NCBI GenBank assembly: GCA_016928955.1
Contig: JAFGJV010000037.1
Coordinates: 62,001 to 98,110, forward strand
Length of the DNA: 36,110 nucleotides
Direction of reading: 5' to 3'
Source: Spirochaetales bacterium
GTDB lineage: Bacteria; Spirochaetota; Spirochaetia; Treponematales; UBA12059
Both the position numbers and the translations under genes were made by a program. Under the pieces are notes generated by a model. It had not been told where the DNA came from. It saw only the letters and a program-made list of their open reading frames with translations, and ran no database searches. Positions 25,602 to 34,746 of the stretch are shown here, piece by piece; position 1 is the stretch's first letter, and each line of letters opens with the position of its first letter.

Positions 25602-27198
25602 GCTCGTCGGCCTGCCCCTGTCCCTCACAGCCCTGGCGTTCTCTTTTCCGGCCCTTACAGGCGGTTTTGGGCCTCTGGCTTTGGCGGCATGGGCACCTGT
25701 GTTCCTGTGGCTGGATGGCGCCAGAACCATGAGCGCCGCCGCCCTTGGTGCCGTTTTCGGCCTGGCCGAGGCTGCCGTTTTGTACTGGTGGCTGGGCTCC
25801 TACCATCCCGCCGCCCTGGTCCTGGCCCTGGCCGTGACCGGCTTCTGGCGTGCCCTGTCCTTTGCGGGCACGGCGCGGCTCCTGTCCGTACGTAATCCCC
25901 TGGCCATCCTCATCCTACCCCTGTTGTGGGCTGGCGTAGACGCAGCCAGAGGCGCCGGCTTCCTGGCCTTTCCCTACGGCACCCTGCCCTACGCCCTCTA
26001 CCGGTGGGACGCCGCCCTTACGCTGGCATCGGCCGGAGGGGTTGCGCTCACGGGACTCGCCGCGTGGTCGGCCAATACCCTGTTGTTCTCGGCGTTGAGA
26101 GGCGGCCAAACCCCGGGCATGAGGCTGCCCAAGGCCGCTGTATGGGTGCTGGCCCTGGCAGCCGTGCTTGGCATGGGCCAGGCCCCGTCGTCGGATTGCG
26201 TGACCGCCTCGGACGGGTCCGCGCCTCCCGAGGCCGGACGCTTCCGAGTAGCCCTGGTACAGCCCAACCTAGAGGAAAAACAGCAGGGCCCGGAGGACTA
26301 TGCCCGCGCCATCAGGGTTTTGATCGACGCGAGCGCACGGGCGATGGCCTCGTCGCCCGACCTCATCGTGTGGCACGAGACGGCGGTCATACCTCCCATC
26401 GAGTGGCATCTGCGGCGCCGGGTCAACCGCGAGCTTACCGACGCCCTGACCGAGCTGGAGGACTTCCTGAGCGCCAGCCCCGTGCCGGTCCTGCTCGGTA
26501 ACGGATGGGCCGACCCCGAGGATCCCCAGCGGCGCACCGGGGGCAACGCGGCCCTGCTCTATGAGGGCGGGGCCGTATCGGGGCGCTACCTCAAGATGAT
26601 GCTGGTTCCGTTCAGCGAGTATTTTCCGGCGGCCGACGCCCTGCCCGGGATAGCCCGCTGGCTGGAGGACAGCTTCGGCTACCTATGGACGCCCGGCACC
26701 GAGCGGGTCGCCTTGTCGGCCGGTGCGGCTAGCGTCGCGGCGCCCATATGCTTTGAGGACTCTTTTGGTCCCCACCTGGCAGGCTTTCCGGATACGGATT
26801 TTATGGTCGTTTTGACCGACGACTCCTGGGCGCGCTCGGCCGCCATGCAGGTCCAGCACGTGTCCATGTCAGCGTTCAGGGCGGCAGAGACCGGCTCCGT
26901 GGTGTTGCGGGCGGCCAACACGGGGTGCACGGCCGCGGTGTCGCCACGCGGCCGGGTTGAGGCAAGCCTACCGCCCTTCATGCCCGGCGTCCTTTTTGCC
27001 GACGTCGTACTGGGTTCTGGAACGGATACGCTCTACGAACGCGGCGGACTGTGGTTCGGGACCGTGGCTGGCGTTCTGGGCGCCCTGGCAGGCTTCCTGG
27101 CCCTGCTGTGGCCCTGGTTTGAGGCCAAGCGCCGCCAGCGTCCAGGCGGGCCGGTCCCAAGCCCCGGCTTTCGCATTGACAAGCCAGGCGGGGTATAG
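25573..27198 (+). CDS. lnt: Apolipoprotein N-acyltransferase
   Basis: N-terminal TM helices, VALVQPN, WHET(E), YLK..LVPFSEY(K), ICFED(C), RAAETG..RAANTG. Confidence 0.88.
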   Translation: MTPIPTRRLRLVGLPLSLTALAFSFPALTGGFGPLALAAWAPVFLWLDGARTMSAAALGAVFGLAEAAVLYWWLGSYHPAALVLALAVTGFWRALSFAGTARLLSVRNPLAILILPLLWAGVDAARGAGFLAFPYGTLPYALYRWDAALTLASAGGVALTGLAAWSANTLLFSALRGGQTPGMRLPKAAVWVLALAAVLGMGQAPSSDCVTASDGSAPPEAGRFRVALVQPNLEEKQQGPEDYARAIRVLIDASARAMASSPDLIVWHETAVIPPIEWHLRRRVNRELTDALTELEDFLSASPVPVLLGNGWADPEDPQRRTGGNAALLYEGGAVSGRYLKMMLVPFSEYFPAADALPGIARWLEDSFGYLWTPGTERVALSAGAASVAAPICFEDSFGPHLAGFPDTDFMVVLTDDSWARSAAMQVQHVSMSAFRAAETGSVVLRAANTGCTAAVSPRGRVEASLPPFMPGVLFADVVLGSGTDTLYERGGLWFGTVAGVLGALAGFLALLWPWFEAKRRQRPGGPVPSPGFRIDKPGGV

Positions 27199-27263
27199 GA
27201 CAATGGCCTCGGGTGGGGCGTGCCCCGCCATACGTCCCGACTCGACAAGCCGCGGAGTTCATC

Positions 27264-27935
27264 ATGGACAACAAAAAGCGCATACTGATAGTTGACGACG
27301 AGCAGATCAACCTCGAGTTCTTCGACGTAATGCTTACCAAGCTTGGCTTCTCTGTCCACAAGGCCGAGAACGGCCAGGAAGCGCTCGAACTCATACGCAG
27401 GCTCAAACCCGACCTGGTCATCCTGGACAACATCATGCCCAAACTGACCGGCTGGGAAGTGACGCGCATCGTTAAATCGTCGCCTGAATACGCCGAGTTC
27501 GCCGATACGCCCATCATCATGTTTTCCGCGCTTGACGACGTCAAGGACAAGGTCGAAGGCCTGGAGCTCGGAGCGGACGACTACATAACCAAGCCGTTCA
27601 ACTTTGCCGAGGTGCTGGCGCGCATACGGGCGGTACTGCGCAACCACGACCTGATCCGGCAGATTGAGAACCGCGAGCGCAGGCTCACCATCGGGGACCG
27701 CGCCTTCAGGGACATGCAAGCCATGACCAGCGAGATCAAGGACACCGTGTCTAAAATTGCGGCGTCCGCGGACAAGGCTGACCAGGTCAAGGCGCTTGCC
27801 AGCGACTGCCAGTCCAAGCTTGACGCCCTTGCGGTCCGTGTATCATCATTGTGGGAAGAGGCCGAGGATCTCCGCAAGGAAGCTGCGGACCTTGCCGCCA
27901 TCCGCGGCAGGATCAGGGCGGAGAACCGGCCGTGA
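27264..27935 (+). CDS. Response regulator: receiver domain plus coiled-coil tail
   Basis: ILIVDDE, VILDNIMP, GADDYITKPF; helical C-terminus without an obvious DNA-binding motif. Confidence 0.9.
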   Translation: MDNKKRILIVDDEQINLEFFDVMLTKLGFSVHKAENGQEALELIRRLKPDLVILDNIMPKLTGWEVTRIVKSSPEYAEFADTPIIMFSALDDVKDKVEGLELGADDYITKPFNFAEVLARIRAVLRNHDLIRQIENRERRLTIGDRAFRDMQAMTSEIKDTVSKIAASADKADQVKALASDCQSKLDALAVRVSSLWEEAEDLRKEAADLAAIRGRIRAENRP

Positions 27936-27996
27936 CGCGCCCGCCGCGCCCGGGTACAGGACCCGGGGCGGTCCAAGGCCAGTCCAAGGAGCCGGC

Positions 27997-28218
27997 ATGA
28001 TCAGCGAGCAGAAAAAACGCGTGCTTGAGCTCTTCGCGGAAGGGCGCAAGCTGTACAAGCTCATGCGCTTTGGCGAGGCCGCGGAGCGCTTCAAGGCCGC
28101 CCTGGCTGTCGATCCTGAGGATAAGCCGTCCAAGGTGTACGTCGAGCGCTGCCTCCAGTACGTTGAGGACCCGCCGGACGAGGACTGGGACGGCGTATAC
28201 GTCATGAAACACAAATAG
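27997..28218 (+). CDS. Small stand-alone TPR-like protein (73 aa)
   Basis: AAGGAG RBS; G.KLY...RF.EA...F..AL..DP.D.PSKVYVERC...PP.EDWDGVY.M..K. Confidence 0.8.
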   Translation: MISEQKKRVLELFAEGRKLYKLMRFGEAAERFKAALAVDPEDKPSKVYVERCLQYVEDPPDEDWDGVYVMKHK

Positions 28219-28332
28219 CGGGTACGTCCCGGTCACTCCGGTGTGCCCTGGTCCCGAACAACACCGAGACTCCGTGCGGCGGGTCCGGAAACACGGGTGC
28301 CTTTCGCGGTACCCACGCAACAAAGGTCGAGC

Positions 28333-28731
28333 ATGTCCAGAAAATCTACCATAGCAAAGGCCGTTGACATCACCACGGTGCTGGGTCCTACCACGTCCCT
28401 GTCGGGAACGCTGAGTTTTGAGTCAAACCTGATGATACGCGGCCAGTTCGAGGGCGACATAGACGCCAAGGGAGCGCTCTATATCGACGAGGGCGCCACC
28501 GTGAACGCCGGGCGCATCCGGGCCGTGAGCATTTTCGTGGCTGGCTCTGTGCGGGGCAACCTGGAAGCCGCCGACAAGGTCGAGCTCAAGCCAAACGCCC
28601 AGATTCGGGGCAACGTGCGCGCCGCGCGGCTGAGGATAGCCGACGGGGTGATTTTCGAGGGCCGGTGCGAGATGATCCGCTCGTCCGACGCCTTTGATCC
28701 CTTTGCCGCCAAGGCCGGCTCGGGTTCGTGA
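28333..28731 (+). CDS. Bactofilin (polymer-forming cytoskeletal protein)
   Basis: TVLG...LSGTL.F...L.I.G.FEGDI...G.VRGN...VEL...A.I.GNV...L.IADG..FEGRC beta-helix pattern. Confidence 0.9.
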   Translation: MSRKSTIAKAVDITTVLGPTTSLSGTLSFESNLMIRGQFEGDIDAKGALYIDEGATVNAGRIRAVSIFVAGSVRGNLEAADKVELKPNAQIRGNVRAARLRIADGVIFEGRCEMIRSSDAFDPFAAKAGSGS

Positions 28732-29258
28732 GCCTGGACGACGCGGGCGCGTTGCTGGCCACGCTGGCCGACAGGAGGCTCAAACTGGCCGGAGCCGAGT
28801 CCTGCACGGGCGGCCTGGTCGCGGCCGCGCTGACGGCCGTACCCGGATCGTCGGACAGTTTTATGGGTACGGTGGTCGCTTACGCCAATGCGGCCAAGGT
28901 CCAGATGCTCGGCGTGCAGCCCGATCTGCTCGCCGCCCACGGCGCCGTGTCCAGGGAATGCGCCATGGCCATGGCCGAGGGCGCGGCCAAGGCTTTTGGC
29001 GCGGACCTTGCCTATGCCATAACCGGCGTGGCCGGACCGGGAGGGGGTACCCCGGACAAACCCGTGGGAACGGTATGGCTGGGACTGTGGCTGGGCGGTG
29101 ATACCCAGGCCCGACGCTTGTCCCTTTCCGGTGACCGGGCGGCCATCCGGGAAGCGGCCGCGCGCTCCATGCTGGACTGGTTGTCTGAAAGCCTTTCCGA
29201 CACCACGGGCGCTGGCCTTCACTCCGGCAACAGGGGGAGGGCCACACCGCAAGCTTGA
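28728..29258 (+). CDS. pncC: CinA C-terminal domain / NMN amidohydrolase
   Basis: AESCTGG, PGSS, Y.NAAK..LGV, GAVS.E.A.AMA.G, TGVAGPGGG...KPVGTVW. Confidence 0.85.
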   Translation: MSLDDAGALLATLADRRLKLAGAESCTGGLVAAALTAVPGSSDSFMGTVVAYANAAKVQMLGVQPDLLAAHGAVSRECAMAMAEGAAKAFGADLAYAITGVAGPGGGTPDKPVGTVWLGLWLGGDTQARRLSLSGDRAAIREAAARSMLDWLSESLSDTTGAGLHSGNRGRATPQA

Positions 29259-29283
29259 CAATACCACGGGCAGGCGTTATCGT
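29255..29283 (+). promoter_or_regulatory. sigma70 promoter upstream of the rho leader
   Basis: TTGACA-17 nt-TATCGT. Confidence 0.7.
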
Positions 29284-29289
29284 TTGCCC

Positions 29290-29753
29290 TAGGAAAAATC
29301 TGATGCGGGCCATCGCGCCCGCACCGCGGCCCGTCCTGAGCGGGCCCCACCACTTTCCGGTAACGGAACCAATACGACAGCGTTGAGAGAATGCCGGCCG
29401 CCCCGTGGGGGCGTCGTACGGATTTCGACATTCCTTGGCTGTCCACGGCTGTTCGTGGCGAGCGGACCCCCGTTACCGCCCAGTCCCGGAAGTCGCTCGA
29501 TTTGTGAATAAGCGCGGGCCTGCCCGCTGGCTTTGCCCGAACAGGCAGGGTAGCCCCAGGCCGCGTGTTTGTACGGCAGGTCGTTTAAGAAGCTCGCACG
29601 AGCTTTTTAGGCGACCCTCGACCACCAGAAACCCCCACGACCGTCGCAGCAGCCTTGAGGCCGGCGCGACGGCTGCCAGGCAGGACGCCACGCGGTACGC
29701 CAGCACGTTGCTGGGGTCGGCGTCCGGCCAGATATCACGCAGTGGAGTAGAAC
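29290..29753 (+). other. Long, highly structured 5' leader of rho (or an independent ncRNA)
   Basis: Series of hairpins, including a 17-bp stem at 29579-29616 whose three non-Watson-Crick pairs are all G-U on the + strand. Confidence 0.55.
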
Positions 29754-31403
29754 ATGGCAATCATCCGAAAAGCCCGCGGAGCTGAAGGCAGCACCGACTC
29801 GGGCGGCACCGCCCAGTCAGAATTTGAGCTCGACGCGGAGAACCCGTCAGAGGCTTCCGGCCTGCCCGATGCTGACGGCCAGCCCAAGTCCCAGGCCAGG
29901 AAACGCGTGGTGCGGCGGCCCGCGTCCAAACCAGACGAGCAGCCGAGGCGGGATGAGGGCCAGGCCTTCATGTCCGGCTTTCAAGGCCCCCGGCCAAACG
30001 GCGCTGCGCAGCCGGAGGACGAGCGAGCCGAACGGGCGCCATCCACGGTCGTCCCGGGCTTTGTCCGCAAGCAGGAAAGTTTTGAGCGTGTCCGCGACGA
30101 CGGCGCCAAGCCCGAGCAGAACGACAACAGGGCCCGACTGTCCATAAACGAGCTCACCAGCATGGGCTTCAAGGAGCTCAGGGACCTCGGCGAGCGCACG
30201 GGCCTCAACCACGAGGAAATGATGCTCCTCAAGAAGCAGGAGCTCATATTCCAGGTACTCAAGGCACACACCGAGCAGGGCGGCATCATATACGCCTACG
30301 GGTCGCTGGAAATCCTGCCAGACGGCTACGGCTTCCTGCGTTCACCCCAGAACAGCTACCTACCCGGCTCGGACGACATATACATAAGCCCGAGCCAGAT
30401 ACGCCTGTTCAACCTGAAGACCGGCGACACGGTGTACGGCCAGATACGCAGCCCCAAGGAGGGCGAGCGCTTCTTTGCCATGCTCCGCGTGGAGCAGGTG
30501 AACTTTGACGAGCCGTCGGTTGCCCAGAGCCGCATACCCTTTGAGAACCTGACCCCGCTCTATCCCGACGTGCGCCTGAACCTTGAGACGGAAACCAAAG
30601 AAATTTCCACACGCATCATCAACCTGTTCTGCCCCATCGGCAAAGGCCAGCGCGCGCTCATCGTGTCGCCGCCCAAGACGGGCAAGACCATCCTGCTCCA
30701 GAAAATAGCCAACGCCATCACGGCAAACCATCCCGAGGTGTACCTGATCGTCCTGCTCATAGACGAGCGCCCCGAGGAAGTAACCGACATGGAGCGCACG
30801 GTCAAGGCCGAGGTCATATCGTCCACCTTTGACGAGCAGGCCACGCGCCACGTACAGGTGTCCGAGATGGTCCTGGATAAAGCCAAGCGACTAGTCGAGC
30901 ACGGCAAGGACGTGGTCATCCTCCTGGACTCAATCACCCGCCTGGCCAGGGCGTACAACCAGACCGTACCTACCTCGGGCAAGATCCTGTCCGGCGGCGT
31001 TGACTCCAACGCCCTGCACAAGCCCAAGCGTTTCTTCGGCGCGGCCAGGAACATTGAAGGCGGCGGCTCGCTGACCATCATCGCCACGGCGCTCATTGAC
31101 ACCGGCTCGCGCATGGACGAGGTGATCTTTGAGGAGTTCAAGGGCACGGGCAACATGGAAATCAACCTGGACAGGCGCATGTCCGACCGCCGGCTCTTCC
31201 CCGCCATCAACATCAAGAAATCCAGCACCCGCAAGGAAGAGCTCCTCTTGTCCGAGGAGGAGCTCCAGAAAATATGGGTACTCCGCAAGGTGATCAGCCC
31301 CATGGAGGATGTGGAGATCATGGAGCTCCTCATTGACAAGATGATGAAAACCAAGAATAATGACGCGTTCCTCAGGTCCATGAATACGCCCATGAGCGAT
31401 TAG
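29754..31403 (+). CDS. rho: Transcription termination factor Rho with N-terminal low-complexity extension
   Basis: [74 protein letters not shown]. Confidence 0.98.
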   Translation: MAIIRKARGAEGSTDSGGTAQSEFELDAENPSEASGLPDADGQPKSQARKRVVRRPASKPDEQPRRDEGQAFMSGFQGPRPNGAAQPEDERAERAPSTVVPGFVRKQESFERVRDDGAKPEQNDNRARLSINELTSMGFKELRDLGERTGLNHEEMMLLKKQELIFQVLKAHTEQGGIIYAYGSLEILPDGYGFLRSPQNSYLPGSDDIYISPSQIRLFNLKTGDTVYGQIRSPKEGERFFAMLRVEQVNFDEPSVAQSRIPFENLTPLYPDVRLNLETETKEISTRIINLFCPIGKGQRALIVSPPKTGKTILLQKIANAITANHPEVYLIVLLIDERPEEVTDMERTVKAEVISSTFDEQATRHVQVSEMVLDKAKRLVEHGKDVVILLDSITRLARAYNQTVPTSGKILSGGVDSNALHKPKRFFGAARNIEGGGSLTIIATALIDTGSRMDEVIFEEFKGTGNMEINLDRRMSDRRLFPAINIKKSSTRKEELLLSEEELQKIWVLRKVISPMEDVEIMELLIDKMMKTKNNDAFLRSMNTPMSD

Positions 31404-31495
31404 GATACTGGGGCGGCGGCCGGCAAGCCGGCCGTTCGCAGAACCGTCATACAGCCGGTTTTCTGGCATGCGTGACCTGCGCGCAAGGAGAGGGT

Positions 31496-31699
31496 ATGAA
31501 GAGCGGTATTCATCCGAAGTACGAGCTCACCACAATCACGTGCGCGTGCGGCAATGTCATTGAGACCCGTTCGACGGTAAAGAACCTTCAGGTGGAAATT
31601 TGCTCCGCCTGCCACCCCTTCTTTACCGGCAAACAGAAACTGGTCGACACTGCCGGACGCGTTGAGCGCTTCCGCAAGAAGTACGGCATCAAGGAATAA
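31496..31699 (+). CDS. rpmE: 50S ribosomal protein L31 (Zn-binding type)
   Basis: [36 protein letters not shown]. Confidence 0.97.
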   Translation: MKSGIHPKYELTTITCACGNVIETRSTVKNLQVEICSACHPFFTGKQKLVDTAGRVERFRKKYGIKE

Positions 31700-31724
31700 G
31701 CCCTTCTGAGGCTGTTCCCCGCCA

Positions 31725-31754
31725 GAAAGGCCGCCCTCTATGGGGCGGCCTTTC
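31725..31754. terminator. Probable bidirectional terminator between rpmE and rdgB
   Basis: GAAAGGCCGCCC-tctatg-GGGCGGCCTTTC between convergent genes. Confidence 0.75.
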
Positions 31755-31770
31755 CATTATGCGACGCCGG

Positions 31771-32370
31771 CTACGCCCAGCTCTCCAGGTCGGCCAGCAC
31801 CGCGCGCAGGCGCCTCAGGGCCCGGCCCCGGTGCGATACCAGGTTCTTGGTGGCCGCGTCCAGCTCGGCCACGGTCTTGCCGTATCCAGGCAGGTACACG
31901 ATGGGGTCGTAGCCGAAACCGCCCGTACCCCGGGGCTCGTCAAGGAGTATCCCCTCGCAGGTTTCCTGGGCGGTGACCACGCGGTCGGGTGACAGGATCA
32001 GGGCCAGACAGCATACAAAGCGGCAGGTTCGGTTCCGCTCCCCGTCCATTTCTGCAAGGAGCAGCGCGTTCCGCTCTGGCGACGGCAGGGGCGTGCGCCC
32101 GTCCGGGGAGCCGTAACGGGCTGACAGTACGCCCGGTCGTCCGCCCAGGGCATCCACGCAGAGGCCGGAATCGTCGGCAAGGGCCGGGCCGCCGGCCTGG
32201 CGGTACAGGGCCAGCGCCTTATCCACGGCGTTCGCAAGGAAGGTGTCGCCGTCCTCTGGCACGTCAAAGTCAAAGCCCAGTTCCCTGGCTGTCAGCAGCC
32301 TGTGTCCAGACAGCAGGGGCCGTAGTTCGTCGGCCTTGTGCTCGTTCGCTGTCGCTAGGTTGATGGTCAT
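31771..32370 (-). CDS. rdgB: Non-canonical purine NTP pyrophosphatase (RdgB/HAM1)
   Basis: ATANEHK..E, E.G.TF..NA..KA, ADDSGLCVDALGG.PGV.SARY, GFGYDP, K..VSHRGRA. Confidence 0.95.
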   Translation of the reverse strand: MTINLATANEHKADELRPLLSGHRLLTARELGFDFDVPEDGDTFLANAVDKALALYRQAGGPALADDSGLCVDALGGRPGVLSARYGSPDGRTPLPSPERNALLLAEMDGERNRTCRFVCCLALILSPDRVVTAQETCEGILLDEPRGTGGFGYDPIVYLPGYGKTVAELDAATKNLVSHRGRALRRLRAVLADLESWA

Positions 32371-33259
32371 GCGGCCTCCGGGCTTGAGCGTAGCCCGCCA
32401 GCCAGGGAGGGGTAAAGCCCCCCTTGCCCTGTTTCATGTAGTGGAGCCCGGCGTCGACCGTGCCCTTGGGCACGCCCATGACCTTGGCCACAACCTCGTT
32501 GGGCACCAACGCGCGATACCGCGACATGGCGTCCACCGCCCGCCTATACAGGCGCCGGTCCCGCTCTATGCCCTCTTTGAGCGCCGCCCGGACATCCGGA
32601 TCGTATTCGGAGCGAATCCGCAGGAGCCTGGTCATCATCCTGAGCCAGGCCGTGTCGCGTCCCCGCCTCCGTATGCCCTGGGTCCGCTTTTCCTCCCCGT
32701 AGATCGCACGGGCAGAGCGGACCTTCCGAATCAGCTCCAGGGGATTCAGCCCCACATGGCGGGCCACCCTGGCCACAAGCCCGTCGTCCACCAGCGGGGC
32801 GCAGCGCGCGCACAGGAAGGCCACCCGGCTCTGGAAAGCGCGCTGCCAACCGGATTTTGCCACGCCCCGCGCAAGGGGTACAGCGGCCAGGGCTCCTACG
32901 TCCACAAACTCGTCAGCGGCCTGGTAGCCCTGGTCGGCGTGGTGCCGTTGCTCAGCCACGCAGGCCGTCTCCATATAGTAGCGCTTTGCCCGATCGCGCT
33001 TGAGGGATTTTGCCATATAGCGTATGGAACTGTAGAAATAGGGCTCAAAGGCCGGCCCGCGCTCGTGGAACTGTAGAGCGAGTTTCTTGATCCGCTCCCA
33101 ATACGCCGCAAAAGCATCGTGGATGTCGTCCTTGCCGGAAAAACCGTAGCGCCGTGGATTGGCGTACAATAGTTCGGCTACGCCGCCCATCAGGGTGTCC
33201 GTTTCAAGCTTGCCGGCTCGACGCGTCCCGTTTTTCGTACTGCTACTTTTTTTTCCCAT
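32270..33259 (-). CDS. Hypothetical protein with sigma70 region 2-like and region 4-like segments
   Basis: DDIHDAF...W.RI.....F..RG..FEPY.Y..IR (region 2-like); PNEVVAKVMGVPKGTVDAGL (region 4 HTH-like); start uncertain; overlaps the rdgB start by ~100 nt. Confidence 0.55.
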   Translation of the reverse strand: MGKKSSSTKNGTRRAGKLETDTLMGGVAELLYANPRRYGFSGKDDIHDAFAAYWERIKKLALQFHERGPAFEPYFYSSIRYMAKSLKRDRAKRYYMETACVAEQRHHADQGYQAADEFVDVGALAAVPLARGVAKSGWQRAFQSRVAFLCARCAPLVDDGLVARVARHVGLNPLELIRKVRSARAIYGEEKRTQGIRRRGRDTAWLRMMTRLLRIRSEYDPDVRAALKEGIERDRRLYRRAVDAMSRYRALVPNEVVAKVMGVPKGTVDAGLHYMKQGKGGFTPPWLAGYAQARRPHDHQPSDSERAQGRRTTAPAVWTQAADSQGTGL

Positions 33260-33469
33260 GGTTATCCGCCTTTCATGCATGTCTGGCCGCGGCGGGGATC
33301 CCGGGCAGCCATCAGCCATATTGCAGGATTCATACCAACATTCGGACGGGTGCGGCCGACAGGCGGGAGGTATGTGTGGAATCATTGACTCTGGAATAAG
33401 TTACGGTATGATTTTAAGACGGGCGCGCTGCATTACCGCGTGTCGTTCAAAGCCAGCAAGACCAGTATT

Positions 33470-33536
33470 TGTTACGTAATGTTACGTATTTTCCCAAGAC
33501 TTCCGTGGCAGCGAGCAAATTGTTACTCTATGTTAC
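33470..33536. promoter_or_regulatory. Four TGTTAC direct-repeat boxes (two pairs, 10-bp period)
   Basis: TGTTAC at 33470, 33480, 33521 and 33531 in an AT-rich intergenic region. Confidence 0.55.
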
Positions 33537-33571
33537 AAAAATACGCTTACCACGTAGCAGGGCAACGATGT

Positions 33572-34573
33572 CTACTGAGCATCCGCCAGGTCCATGGCGG
33601 CAAAAACGGCCTGGAACGCCGATACCACACGCTCCCTGACCGAAGGCAGCTCGTCCCGGATATGCAGGCCCGCAGCAAGCCGGTGGCCTCCGCCCCCAAA
33701 GGAAGCTGCTATGGCCGCCACGTCTATGCGCTCTCGAGAACGGAAGCCCACCGTGCATTCACCGGGCTTTTCCTGCCTGATCACCACAACGGCTTCTATG
33801 CCTTCCACCGTCATCAACAGCTGGTACAGCATGTCGGAGTCCCGGCCCACCAGGCCATAACGATCGTGGTCTGCCGTGTCCATCCAGGTCAGAAGGAGCC
33901 TGCCACCGAACAGCTGTTCCGTCCTGGACAGAAGTTCTCCCATCAGTTTCCTGGACGCAAAGGGCTTTCCTCCGTTCATCATGCCGAAGGCTTTCTTGGG
34001 CGACGCTCCAGCGTCGACAAGCCTGGATACCATGGAAAAAACGGCCGAACTCCGTTCGTCCAGATGGCGGAAAAAGCCCGTATCCGTGCACAGGCCGAAC
34101 AGGAGGAGTTCCGCCTCGTCGTCGCTTGGAACGTCCCCGGACGCCTCTATCACCTTCTGTACCAGGCAGGTCACGGATGGCGCGGCCGGCACCACGTAAC
34201 GAGCCTCCCCTGCCGACTCTCCGGACGCGTGGTGGTCTATGAAGGCCAGCGGGAGCTGGTCCAGTCCCTCGGCGGCGTCGCCTACCCTCGACAGGGACGA
34301 GCAGTCCAGGACCACCAGCGCGGCGTTGTCTTCCGGCGGCAGGGCGGCCTTGGGCAGAAAACGGCCCGCGTAGGACGCGATCTCGGTGCGCGTGAACGGC
34401 CCCGCTGAAAGCAACACGGTCTGTTTGCCCCTGCGGCCCAGCCAGGACGCCAGGGCCAGCTGGCTGCCCACGCAATCGCCGTCAGGCTCCTTGTGGCCAA
34501 CCACGTAATAGGTGGAATAGTCGTTGAGGAAATCCAGAAGCTCCCGCGGCGGGGAATGCGACACATGGGTCAT
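33572..34573 (-). CDS. DHH/DHHA1 phosphoesterase (NrnA-like oligoribonuclease/pAp phosphatase)
   Basis: GHKEPDGDCVGS, VLD, IDHH, TDTGFF, FRS, FGGGGH..AAG. Confidence 0.92.
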   Translation of the reverse strand: MTHVSHSPPRELLDFLNDYSTYYVVGHKEPDGDCVGSQLALASWLGRRGKQTVLLSAGPFTRTEIASYAGRFLPKAALPPEDNAALVVLDCSSLSRVGDAAEGLDQLPLAFIDHHASGESAGEARYVVPAAPSVTCLVQKVIEASGDVPSDDEAELLLFGLCTDTGFFRHLDERSSAVFSMVSRLVDAGASPKKAFGMMNGGKPFASRKLMGELLSRTEQLFGGRLLLTWMDTADHDRYGLVGRDSDMLYQLLMTVEGIEAVVVIRQEKPGECTVGFRSRERIDVAAIAASFGGGGHRLAAGLHIRDELPSVRERVVSAFQAVFAAMDLADAQ

Positions 34574-34708
34574 ATCACCATCCAAATGGGCGTGGGCTGG
34601 ACGCAAGTAGCGGCCACGGCGTGGCCGGGACCGCCTATCAGAGCCGTACAGGGCAATAAGGCCGTTGAACCGAGTTACGGTCCTCTGCGCAATTGCGACA
34701 TTACGGTA

Positions 34709-34742
34709 GTGTTGAAAAAGGCTCCGTAGCCTTTTTCAACAC
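34709..34742. terminator. Perfect 15-bp inverted repeat; probable terminator of the 34747-35187 gene
   Basis: GTGTTGAAAAAGGCT-ccgt-AGCCTTTTTCAACAC right after the minus-strand stop codon. Confidence 0.75.
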
Positions 34743-34746
34743 GTTG

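Noticed and set aside
29407..29430. GGGGGCG...GGATTTCGAC resembles the 5' end of tmRNA
   Set aside because: No downstream T-arm/acceptor 3' end (GGTTCGA.TCC...CCA) and no tag reading frame found
29405..29785. ORFs in the rho leader (29405-29785 +, 29473-29760 -)
   Set aside because: No RBS, no motifs, low-information Arg/Pro/Ala composition; better explained as structured RNA
33440..34475. Alternative long ORFs 33440-34408 (+) and 33759-34475 (-)
   Set aside because: Overlap the well-supported DHH phosphoesterase gene; no motifs
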